Source of the DNA: Octopus sinensis
Lineage: Eukaryota
Assembly: GCF_006345805.1 (NCBI RefSeq)
Contig: NC_043018.1
Location: forward strand, 15,748,001 to 15,812,000
Length of the DNA stretch: 64,000 bases
Reading direction: 5' to 3'
The notes under the pieces are model-generated. The model searched no databases and was not told the DNA's origin. It saw only the letters and a list, made by a program, of their open reading frames with translations. This document shows positions 11,271-23,576 of the stretch, in pieces. The number at the start of each line of letters is the position of its first letter. Within the stretch, counting starts at the first letter, position 1. A program made the translations under genes and the position numbers.

Positions 11271-11919
11271 TCTTTTATTCTCTTACTTGTTTCAGTCATT
11301 TGACTGCGGCCATGCTGGAGCACCACCTTTTAGTCGAGCAAATCGACCCCGGGACTTATTCTTTGTAAGCCCAGTACTTATTCTATCGGTCTCTTTTGCC
11401 AAACCGCTAAGTGACGGGAACATAAACGTACCAGCATCGGTTGTCAAGCAATGCTAGGGGGACAAACACAGACACACAAACAAACACACACACACACACA
11501 CACATATATATCTCTTTTACTCTTTTACTTGTTTCAGTCATTTGACTGCGGCCATGCTGGAGCACCGCCTTTAGTCGAGCAACTCGACCCCGGGACTTAT
11601 TCTTTGTAAGCCCAGTACTTATTCTATCGGTCTCTTTTGCCGAATCGCTAAGTGATGGGGACGTAAACACACCAGCATTGGTTGTCAAGCAATGCTAGGG
11701 GGACAAACACAGACACACAAACACACACACACATATATATATAGATACATATATACAACATGCTTCTTTCAGTTTCCGTCTACCAAATCCACTCACAAGG
11801 CATTGGTCGGCCCGGGGCTATAGCAGAAGACACTTACCCAAGGTGTCACGCAGTGGGACTGAACCTGGACCCATGTGGTTGGTAAGCAAGCTACTTACCA
11901 GACAGCCACTGCTACGCCT
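11271..11919 (-). mobile_element. Tandem family-A SINEs (3' half at 11271-11510, full copy at 11511-11919)
   Basis: The same 3' segment occurs twice in series. Confidence 0.9.
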
Positions 11920-12134
11920 ATCTGTGTATTATTCTTCAGAAATTTTTGAAAATATGTGAGACACACACACACACACACACAGGTGTGTGTTTATGTGTGT
12001 ATGGGGACATTTAATGAGGGAACCATATATATAGAGAGAATAATAAGGTGGTGAGAATGTTGGATGATTATATATTTTTTTATTTAATCATCCAACATTT
12101 TTATTCTAAATATACAATATCTGTACATCACTTC

Positions 12135-12171
<37 letters not shown>

Positions 12172-12710
12172 ATATATATATATATAAATATATATACAGA
12201 GAGAGAGAGAGAGAGAGACACACACACACACACACACAAACATATGTATAAGTACAAAATGTAAAAAAAAAAGAAAGCTTGTTATCAAATAAGGTGTCAA
12301 TAAACTTTTATCAGATGAATTCTGATCAAGTAGATCCAAGAACAAATGTGTTCCACCCACAACCACTCCAATGTTATTTTCTTGTTCATTACAGACATTA
12401 TATATTCAAGACTGTGTCTGCAGCTGATGAAACCTAACAAAGCTGAAACATGTGGAAGTTATTTCCCAAACTCGCTTAGCAACAAAAATAATCTTTTATC
12501 TTTTTACTTGTTTAAGATATTGGAATGCAGCCATGCTGGGGCACTGCCATGATGGATTTTTGGCTGAACAAATCAACTCCAGTATTCTTTATTCTCTTAT
12601 TCTTTTACTCGTTTCAGTCATTTGACTGCAGCCATGCTGGAGCACCACCCTGGAGGGCTTTAAGTTGAGCAAATCGACCCAAGGACTTATATCTTAAGCC
12701 TAGTACTTAT

Positions 12711-12746
<36 letters not shown>

Positions 12747-14399
12747 AAGATATTATTTGTGGACAGACTTGGAGAAGGATGGTTTCTGCCAGGTTTAAAA
12801 TGTGGTCCATGACATTCCATTTGTAAATTACAAGAGCACCTCAATTTCTTGAGATGCTAAGAAATGAAGAGTATTTAAATGGAAAAAGGTTGTCAGTTTG
12901 GGTAGGTTCAGATTCCATGGAGAGAATAGGAATGTGACCTCTTTGAGATGTTAATGTGAAGAATAAAAAGTTTGTGTTGAATGTAGATGTTCATAAGGAT
13001 ACAGCTTATCTGGTTTTCTAAGAAGTTTTGGGCTCATGAAAATGTTTGACAACTTTGTCCAAACTGAAGAGAACACAAGTCCATCAAGAGCTTAGCAGCC
13101 AATGGAGCACATTTTCAGTTGAAAAGCTGGAGTAAAGTGAAATGAAGAGCCTTGCTCAAGAACAGAATGTGCTACCCAGTCCTTGTAACAAATTCATGAC
13201 CCAAACGATTCTGAGCTCAGCACTCAAAGTCATGTAATTCCACAAATGTCTCTGAGAGAGAGAGAGGAAGTAATGATTTTTTTAAACTCAGAATTAGGGA
13301 CAACTCCAAAATACCTGCTTCTGCATTTACCTATGAAATACAAAAGTTATACAAAATTTATAATTTTGATCAATAATGCAAGCCATCACTGACTTCTCTG
13401 GACCATTTTTTAAATGTTTAACCCTTTAATGACTATATTTTATTTCATAAAACACTGCCTGTTGGATTCAGTTAAATGTTAAAAAAAGGCAGAGGGATTT
13501 AGTAGAAACCTGATTTATTACTGCGGTCAAGTCTAAGACATAACCTTCCAAAGATTTTTACATAAACTTGTAATAGGAGGCTTTGATTCTTTAACAGCAA
13601 AATTAAATTTCATGGTGACATTAAATATCTACTAAAAAATAGAATTGATATTTTTTTTGCAAATCATGTTGCTTCAATAAACTTGTTATGTCTTGACAAA
13701 AAATAGCTTCAAACATAACTATTTCTCAACATAAGATAGATTAGTGTACAAAATTGCATCCAGCAGTTAGAGGTAAGGGAATTTTGAGAAATGAACTGTA
13801 TTGTAGTATCATATAGGATGATGGCATCCTTGATAAAACTGTTTGTCATCTCAACAAAATTCTCAAGGGTCTTTAATTAATATTTGGTGTAAAAAAGAAA
13901 AGAAAAAAAACAGCAACCTCATCCTAAAACACTAATCAGTAATCTAGAAATTGTTTAATTGTAAAGATAATTCTAGCACCTAGACAAAGTTAATTAGGTC
14001 AAATTAACAAGCAATAGTTAAGTTGTTATTCTTGTTTGTCAAGTTCTTATACGGCAAACCTATAATCAAAGGTATTCCAGCTGTGACCATCCTCTCATTT
14101 ATTCAGCCATAATGTTATCTATTACGTCTACGTCACCCTTTTCAAGCCTAGCCAGGCTCATGGGCCCGGTTTCCCGGTTTCTGTGGCGCATGTGTCTCCC
14201 CCCCCCCCCAGCAGGATGGGACGTTTATGTCCCTGTAACTTTGCAGTTCAGCCAAAGATGCAGATAGAATAAATACTAGACTTCAAAAAATAAGTTCTAG
14301 GGACGATTGGTTTAGCTAAAACCCTTCAATGTGGTGCTCCAGCATGACCACAGTCAAACGACTGAAACAAGTAAGCGAAAGCTAAAAGAAAGATATCTT

Positions 14400-14467
<68 letters not shown>

Positions 14468-15250
14468 TGTGCCTGTCTGTCTCTTGCCCCTGATAGAGTT
14501 TGGGCAGCAGTGATGTTTGTCAATGGGTCTCCCTAAACACTATCTCCTACAGGTTAGCAGTGGGGCATCTGGGCTGGTTGTACCAACCACGGCTAACCAG
14601 GAAAAAAATTGACATCCAAATAAAACAATGATAATGCTTTATTTAAGCTACATTATCAGTTTCTCATAGCTCAGATGATGAACCATTCACAGCAATTATT
14701 TCCTCATGATGTGCCGATTCTTGAGAAAGCAAAAAAAAAGAAAGGAAAAAAAAAAGGAAAAGAAAAAAAGGAAAAATGGGCACAAAATGGTTGAGTTTCT
14801 CTGTTTGGCATTTGTGATAAGTGTTTAACAAGAAAATGTGAACTTAATTAATAGTTGAACCTCATAGACATGACACGAGCAGACCATTTGTTACAACAGC
14901 TGTCACCATGGCTAAGACTACATGGTGGTGGTGGCGGCAGTAGTGATGGTAACAGTGATGATGATGGTGGTGGTGGCGGTGGTGGCAGAGGTGGTTGCTG
15001 ACGTTGGTGGTTCTACCCAACCTCTCTTTCTCTCTCTCTTTCTTTTTTTCCCTTTCTTTTCAAATGGCAAATATCTTGACCAGTACTACAAGAAACAACC
15101 CATCAAACCTATATATTGCCACATGGTCAGCTAGAAATAGCAGTCAAATCTCTCTCCAGTTAAACCATACAGCCTGAAAATTAAAATATCATAAAGGATA
15201 AAGTGTACCCCTGATAGAACTGTGCCTGTCTATGTGCCTCATATATATAT

Positions 15251-15287
<37 letters not shown>

Positions 15288-15609
15288 CTACTCACAAGGC
15301 CTTGGTCAGCCCAAGGCTATGGTAGAAGACACTTTCCCAACGTGCCATGCAGTGGGACTGAACCTGGAACCATGTGGTTGGGAAGTAAGCTTCTTACCAC
15401 ATATATAAATTCAGGGTGAATACTTGATAAGTGTAAGCACCTGTATATGCCAGATAGTAGCAGAGCAATTGCATGCGGCTGAAGAGAGCTTTAAACCATC
15501 CTTTATATCGATTATACATTAATGTAAAAATAGGTTGTTTTTATAAAGCTTGAAACATGTGTACCGCAATATCCTTTGTGTTCTGTTTTTTATTTCATTT
15601 GATATATAT

Positions 15610-16016
15610 AGGCGCAGGAGTGGTTGTGTGGTAAGTAGCTTGCTAACCAACCACATGGTTCCGGGTTCAGTCCCACTGCGTGGCATCTTGGGCAAGTGTC
15701 TTCTGATATAGCCTCGGGCCGACCAATGCCTTGTGAGTGGATTTGGTAGACGGAAACTGAAAGAAGCCTGTCGTATATATATATATATGTATGCGTGTGT
15801 GTTTGTGTGTCTGTGTTTGTCCGCCTTGCATTGCTTGACAACCGATGCTGATGTGTTTGCGTCCCCGTCACTTAGCGGTTCGGCAAAAATAGACCGATGG
15901 AATGGGTGCTGGGCTTACAAAGAATAAGTCCCGGGGTCGATTTGCTCGACTAAAGGTGGTGCTCCAGCATGGCCGCAGTCAAATGACTGAAACAAGTGAA
16001 AGAATGAAAGAAAGAA
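15610..16016 (+). mobile_element. Family-A SINE, full length
   Basis: Head-to-tail match to the other copies. Confidence 0.9.
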
Positions 16017-16099
16017 TATATATATATATATGGTGTGGCTGTGTGGCAAGAAGCTTACTTCCCAACCACATGATTCTGGGTTCAGTCACAGGCAGGAAC

Positions 16100-16440
16100 G
16101 ATGTGAAATTAAAGAGTAAAGACCCCCTTCAGTCATGAATGACTGTGGGATTGCATCCAGAAAGTTCCTCTCCAAGGCACAGGTCTGGGCAATGTTGATT
16201 ATGGAAGACCAGCAGTCGCCCATGCATACCAGCCTCCCCTCTCCACGCCACCAGTGTTATCCAAGGGAAAGGCAAAGGTCGATACAGCTTGGCACCAGTG
16301 ACATCATAACTCATTTCTACAGCTGAATGAACTGGAGAAATGTGAAATAAAGTGTCTTGCTCAAGAAAACAACTCACAGTCTTGTCATTGAGTACTTTGT
16401 TTAAGGACACAGCATACTGTCTGGTCTAGGAATTGAACCC
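16100..16440 (-). mobile_element. SINE of a third family
   Basis: The minus strand has a degraded tRNA-like head, then CTTGAGCAAGACACTTTATTTCAC...CTCCAGTTCATTCAGCTGTAGAAATGAG, a typical conserved SINE central domain. Family not resolved. Confidence 0.65.
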
Positions 16441-17071
16441 ATTACTTTATAATAGTGAGCCCAGTATCCTAACCATGAGACCATTCTGTTTTATTGAGAA
16501 CCTTGTAAGCACTATAATTATTAAGTCTCAAATATTGTATTGAATGAGTCAGAAAAAATTTCCCATTTTAAAATTGTAAACCATGTTTGAAATTTTACAG
16601 GAAAAACTTATCCCTGAAGTGATATCAATATTGGAATCAAAAGAAGAATTTATCAGAAATCTGAAATATAAAAATCTCTCTTTATCTCCCTCCTTTCACA
16701 TGTGTGAGTGTGTATCTGTGTGTGTATGTATGTCTTCATGTATGTAAATATCTGTGCAAGTATGCACATGTGTATGGGAGCATATGTGTGAGTGTATATG
16801 TGTATATGTGTGTGTCAATGTGTAGGAACTTGGAATGTGTAACGCTGTCTGATAAATTTGGTTCTATGTTTTGTCAGCAAACATTGCAGAGACTGTGTGT
16901 GTGTCTTTAGTGAATATCATGTTTGTCTTTTAAGAGACTTTGCAAGTTGCCGGCGCTACCTAAGCCTTCCAAATTACATACATATCACAGATTTGTTTGA
17001 GTCAAGTTTGTGTGTACAGATAATCTCATGTGTGTGTGTGTGTGAAGTAAGGATGAAACACTGTACAGTAC

Positions 17072-17166
17072 CTTTTATCAGGGTTCCGGCGGTATTTTAC
17101 CTTTTTCTGTGAGTCGTTCATATTGCCAGCATTCGTGTCTATACTGTTAGGTTTAGCAGCAGACAT
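17072..17166 (-). CDS. NT5C2: Cytosolic purine 5'-nucleotidase, first recognisable coding exon (exon spans 17174-17072; ATG at 17166-17164)
   Basis: Minus strand reads tctttctttcAG|cttccactATG...GATAAAAG|GTactg. It encodes MSAAKPNSIDTNAGNMNDSQKKVKYRRNPDK(R). KKVKYRR..R matches human KKYRREAYHR, and the phase-2 donor joins the 8573 exon in frame. Confidence 0.85.
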
Positions 17167-17575
17167 AGTGGAAGCTGAAAGAAAGACACAAGAAATAAGA
17201 TAAGACTGAATAAAATTCTCCACAGATTCCATACAAACATTTCAAGATATATATATGTATATATATATACATATAAAAATTAGAAAATGGAGAAACATAC
17301 TGAAATCAATCAAACATCAACCAACAGATGATACCCAATCAATACTTTATTACACCATTACATAACAGTAAAGGCATTATACAAAATATATTGTAAATAT
17401 AATTAGACAAGGAAATAGAAATATAAAGTATAAAATATATACATATATATATACCATATATATATATATATATACATATATATATACATGTATATATATT
17501 ACATATATATATATATATACATATATATATTATATACATATATATATATATATACATGTATATATATATTACATA

Positions 17576-17625
<50 letters not shown>

Positions 17626-17689
17626 CATATATATATATACATATATATATATATACACATGTATATATATACATATATATATAATATAC

Positions 17690-17721
<32 letters not shown>

Positions 17722-17747
17722 ACATATATATAATATATATATATATT

Positions 17748-17798
<51 letters not shown>

Positions 17799-17803
17799 TA
17801 TAC

Positions 17804-17838
<35 letters not shown>

Positions 17839-18616
17839 ATTATAATAATAATAAGGGTTTTTTGCAACAAGTTGCTTAAACCACATACCGAAAATATTAG
17901 AAATAGCAGCCAAAGGACTACTATTTCTTTTACTTCAAAAATAAATCTCCACAGACAACAATATTTGTAACTCAGATATGGCAAAAGAAGAGAGAGAGAG
18001 AGAGCAATAAGAAAATGGAGGGGATCAATGGGTGGTATTCATCAACTTTTAGACATTATATTATGTCAAGACCTTAATTACTCCTACTTCTCCATTTCTT
18101 AATCACCTTACTCTAATTAAATATTCGGAATGACCTAAGATGCTTGTCCTGCCTTGGTTTTGTTTTCCTTTTCCTTTGATATATACCTGCTGACTCGGAA
18201 GCCTACTATGGATCCCTAGCTCCAGCCTCACCTGTAAGCTTGGAACCTAACGAATGACCAATTATAGCACTTACACTGCATACTTGTTGGTTTAGAGATC
18301 ATCAGTGAACCAAACCCTTTATATTCTTATATATATATCCATCCGAACATGGCTGTTGCCAGTGCCACCTTGACTGGCCTCCATCCAGGTGGCACGTAAA
18401 AGGCACCAACCGATTGTGGCCATTGCCAGCCTCGCCTGGCACATAAAAAGCACCCACTACACTCATGGAGTGGTTGGTGTTAGGAAGGGCATCCAGTTGT
18501 AGAAACACTGCCAGATCAGACTGGAGCCTGGTGCAGCCTCCTGGCTTCCCAGACCCCGGTCGAACTGTCCAACCCTTGCTAGCATGGAAAACAGATATTA
18601 AACGATGACGATGATG

Positions 18617-18649
<33 letters not shown>

Positions 18650-18727
18650 TTATAATTTAGGGTATCTAAGGGACACCTTCATGCTGGAAATAGCATGGAG
18701 GTGTCTCTTAGATACCCTAAATTATAA
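18650..18727. repeat. 36-bp-arm inverted repeat (hairpin) between (TA)n tracts
   Basis: TTATAATTTAGGGTATCTAAGGGACACCTTCATGCT, loop GGAAAT, AGCATGGAGGTGTCTCTTAGATACCCTAAATTATAA; 34/36 positions pair Watson-Crick. Confidence 0.95.
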
Positions 18728-19245
18728 ATTATGATTTTAATAATAATTATTACGTTTGAAGGTTTTTATTCCCGTGCTGGCCACTTGATAAGATCGATAA
18801 TTAAATTAACAATCTTATCCTTATTTATATAAATATATATATATATATATTAATCAATGAAATTCCAACCAAGTCTGATTTTCACATTTTATTATATATA
18901 ATTTTTACAATTTTACAATATTAAAATAGATTAGTAATTTCATGTGTTACGCAGTCATCAGGTTTATGTAGTGACAATCATATTCCACAATTGACAACTA
19001 TAGTGAAATGGTTGGGTTTGTCCTTTAAATGCCCTCCAATGGGCTCCAGCTGGCTGAATCTTACAAACTGTATTTTGACCAATCAGTATGTGGCTTCGAT
19101 GTCACAGTTTGGTATTGATCCCAATTTTTTCAAAGAGATATTTTAGTCAGTAGACATACAGCTTGGACATCACAGTTTGATGGGCACATCAAGGATTTTC
19201 TACTTTCACTGAACCTAAAGAAGTAATTTTATTTGGCTATATTTT

Positions 19246-19281
<36 letters not shown>

Positions 19282-21043
19282 TAAGCAAATTAAAATAATA
19301 TTAAAAATCTGTATTAGGGAACTCTCTGCTTGCTGAATAAATAGTTGAGTATAGGCTGAGTGAAAATTCAACATTTACCTCCCTTGCTCCTTTTGAGAAT
19401 AACTTTCGTTTTGTCCCAATAAACTTTTCCCTCGTTACAGTTACAGCTTCATCACACCATCTATCATCTCCACCCTCTATTCCTGGAAAGTTCAAGGGGA
19501 TAGAGGCCTCGGGTACCTCCTCCAAAGAGTCCTATCAAAATCCAACATCATTAGACTTTCCAGTTCGATTCAAAAGTCTGGCCAAGTGAGTCTATGAACA
19601 TTAGCCAAACACCTGGTTCTTCATTTACCTCTACGTTTCCTGCTGCTTCGCTTGGCTTAAAGAATCCGTCTTACAATTCTTTCATTTTTCCATAAATTAA
19701 AAACTATTTTTAGCTTCCGAGTTGGCTGAAATATTATGCTATTATGCTGCAAGAATGGGAAGAAAGTAGTTTGGGGTTCCGGCACCATGTACCATTCTTC
19801 ATGTTTTTGATTCCTTGCATTCCAAAATTTAGAAAAAAGACCTTCTAGAATTTTCTGTATATAATATTTTCGTGCTGTACAAAAATTATTGACATCTGGA
19901 GTAAGTATGGGTACGTGGTCAAGATGCTTGCTTCCCAACCACATGGTTCCAGGTTCAGATACACCGTGTGGTGTCTTGGGCAAGTGTCTTCTACTATAGC
20001 TCCAGGTTGATCAAACCCTAGTGAGTGGATTTGGTAGACAGGAACTGAAAGAAGCCATATATATATAATATATATATAACATATATATATATATATAAAA
20101 CATATATATATTATATATATATATATATTATATATATATATAAAACAAATATATATATATGATTTTGATTTTGATTTTGATTTTTCTAGTTTCTAATGAG
20201 CTGTGGCCATGCTGGGGCACCGCCATTTTGCTGACGTAACCAGATAAATTGCGTAACAGTTCAAATACTAAGAAATAAGCATACTCAATTTCATTTTTAC
20301 CAAATAATTTAGGAAAATGAATGGGTTATTTCCCTTGGTTTTTAAAATAAAATATATTAGATATATATATATATATATAAGGATCCCTTCCAGGGGCCCT
20401 ATTATCGATTTTTTTTTCCAACAATCTGAGTATGCCATGAAGTTTCCAGACATGAGTTCTAGTCACATGTCACGTTTCATCAAAATCACTAAAACGATGT
20501 AGGAGGGGTTGGCTAACAACTCCACAAACACACCCACAGACATAATTTCCTACATAAGTAGTAAGACTGGCCTGTTTGCAAAAAATTTCTTCGAAAAGAT
20601 TTTTGCTTATGGGGATATGTTATCCGAGCAGACACCAGTTTTTGTGCTACTATCGACTGATGATTCTGGTGATCATTCGTATGCTTATGTACTAGTGTTA
20701 ATGATTGGTTAGTATGACCATTCTTAGCACTTCCCATTTCTGAAAATCCAGTTGTCTCTTTGAGACTTCATTCTTTTTGATGAAGGAGAAATAATAGTTT
20801 AACCCTTTGGTGTTCACATTATTCTGCCAAAATTAATGCTTTTTCATCCACAATGTTTTGAACTAATCAGGCATTATCTTGGAGCTATGAGATTTTGATG
20901 AGGTAGATGTTAATTTTTAAGACGATATTGTAGGGCTGGTCTGAGAGACCAGATCTGGCCAGTTTGAACATAACGCAGACAGAATACTTTTGGCCAGATA
21001 TGGTCGGTTTAAATGCTAAAGGATTAAAGAAAACAGAGAATAC

Positions 21044-21452
21044 ACTCTCTTACTCTTTTACTTGTTTCAGTCATTTGACTGCGGCCATGCTGGAGCACCG
21101 CCTTTAGTCGAGCAAATCGACCCCGGGACTTATTCTTTGTAAGCCCAGTACTTATTCTATCGGTCTCTTTTGCCGAACCGCTAAGTGACGGGGACGTAAA
21201 CACACCAGCATCGGTTGTCAAGCAATGCTAGGGGGACAAACACAGACACACAAACATATACACACACACTTATATATATATATACATATATACGACAGGC
21301 TTCTTTCAGTTCCCGTCTACCAAATCCACTCACAAGGCATTGGTCGGCCCAGGGCTATAGCAGAGGACACTTGCCCAAGATGCCACGCAGTGGGACTGAA
21401 CCTGGAACCATGTGGTTGGTTAGCAAGCTACTTACCACACAGCCACTCCTGC
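21044..21452 (-). mobile_element. Family-A SINE, full length
   Basis: Reverse complement of the family consensus. Confidence 0.92.
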
Positions 21453-21908
21453 ATAGAATATTCACTTTTTTTTATTGTTGTGCAGTCATATTAAGTTCTT
21501 TTTTGCCTGCATGCTGTTTCAGCCATTTGTCAGAGTCCATACTTGCACATTAAGGTGCATTATGATGTAATAAACAGGCAATGCCCAGAAGGAGCCACTG
21601 TTTATTCATTACATCATAATGCACTTTAAGGTATGGACACCAATAAATGGTTCAAACATCACATTGGTAAAAAAAAAGTACTTAATGATTTCACAATAAT
21701 TAAAAAAAGGGGAATGCTTTATTCTTTTATTTGTTTGTCATTTGACTGCAGCCACGCAGGAGTACCACCTTTTTAGTCAAACAAATCAACCCCGGGACTT
21801 GTTCTTTGTAAGCTCAGTATTTATTCAATCGGTCTCTTTTGCCAAACTGCTAAGTTACAAGAACATAAACAAACCAGTGTATTCTGTTTTCTTTCAACTG
21901 TGTGGATC

Positions 21909-22345
21909 AGGTGCAGGAGTGGCTGTGTGCATTAGGTGCAGGAGTGGCGGTGTGGTAAGTAGCTTGCTTACCATCCACATGGTCCTGGGTTCAGTCCTAC
22001 TGCATGGCACCTTGGACAAGTGTCTTCTACTATAGCCTCAGACCTACCAAAGCCTCGTGAGTGGATTTGGTAGATGGAAACTGAAAGAAGCCCGTCATAT
22101 ATATGTATATATATATATAAGCAAGTACGTGTGTGTATATGTTTGTGTGTCAGTGTTTGTCCCCCCAACATCACTTGACAACCGATGCTGGTGTATTTAC
22201 GTCCCCGTAACTTAGCGGTTTGGCAAAAGAGATCAATAGAATAAGTACTAGGCTTACAAAGAATAAGTCCTGGGGTTGATTTGCTTGACTAAAGGCAGTG
22301 CTCCAGCACGGCCACAGTCAAATGACTAAAACAACGAAAAGAGAG
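21909..22345 (+). mobile_element. Family-A SINE with duplicated head
   Basis: AGGTGCAGGAGTGGC occurs at 21909 and 21934, followed by a full body. Confidence 0.9.
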
Positions 22346-23541
22346 ATCTAAATGATGCCAGGCAGGTCTGAAATGAGGAATTAGACTAAATGGGAACCAC
22401 CACCAGAAGAGAACGGAAGCAGCATAATGAAGGTACGGTTCCAGGAGTGGAACCAATTAAGCACTGATTAACGATGGAACACCACAAGATGTGGTGGAGG
22501 ATGGAATTATAGCGATGACATTGAACCAGAGTCAACTAGTTTTGAAAATGAACTCCCACTTAGATCTTTGGAATTGGTGCTTCAAGAGATATCATTCAGC
22601 CACTAAGAGAATCATTACAAGTTCAAGCAAACTCAATCTAATGGTGGCAGTAGCAGTGTGGTGGTGGTGGTGGTGGTGGTAGCAGTAGCAGTGGTTGTGG
22701 TGGTGGTGGCAGTGGTGACGGTGGTTGGGGTGGTGGTGGTTGGGGTGGTGGTGGTAGTATTGGTAAATGGTACAGAATTCCAGAAGTGTAATAACTGGAA
22801 GAATTCATGTAGTCTGAGTGAGAGTATTTGACCCTGAAATTCTCCACTCAGTTACCATAACAGCAGAGCTGTGTGAGCAGGAAGTCTAACATACTTAGAA
22901 TAACCCGATTCTTACAGTGTTAATATCATTGTTAGTTTTTCTGACATAATCTTTTAACAGTGTGGATCCACCAAAATACCTTTTTATATTTTCATAAAAT
23001 GGAAATAAAAATGTGTTGGGGAAAGATAGAGCTGCAAACACGGCTACGCCCAAACCAAAAATAGATTTTAATGCTTGGAACTGTTTTGGGGAATAGGGAT
23101 AAAATAAGGTTTGTTTGCTTTTTTTTTTCTTTTCTAGAACATTTTTTTGAAAGTATAGAATTTTGTAGTGTCGAAAGGAATTTTGCTGTTACAAGCAAAA
23201 TTGTATATAACAAGGAAATTCTGTAGGGTAGAGTAGAAATTCTTCATTTGTTTTCATTTCCAGCATAACTTTATATAATGTCAACAGCTGAAAATGGTCA
23301 ATTCTTTTAGTCTTTTACTGCTTTCACTCTCTGGACTGTGATCATGCTGAAGCACTCAAATGTTGTAGTTCATCATACTGACCTTGGTACATAGGATATA
23401 TATAAATATATATATATATATAAATATATATGTGCGTGTGCATGTAATTTTCTCATTTTATATATATAGTTACGTCCAACCCATGCTAGCATAGAAAACG
23501 GACGTTAAACAATGATGATGATGATGATGATGACAATGATG

Positions 23542-23576
<35 letters not shown>

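Noticed and set aside
20380-20760. Possible Helitron-like end and mariner-like HTH peptide (NDHQNHQSIVAQKLVS)
   Set aside because: Similarity is too weak and the termini are incomplete, so no family could be called.
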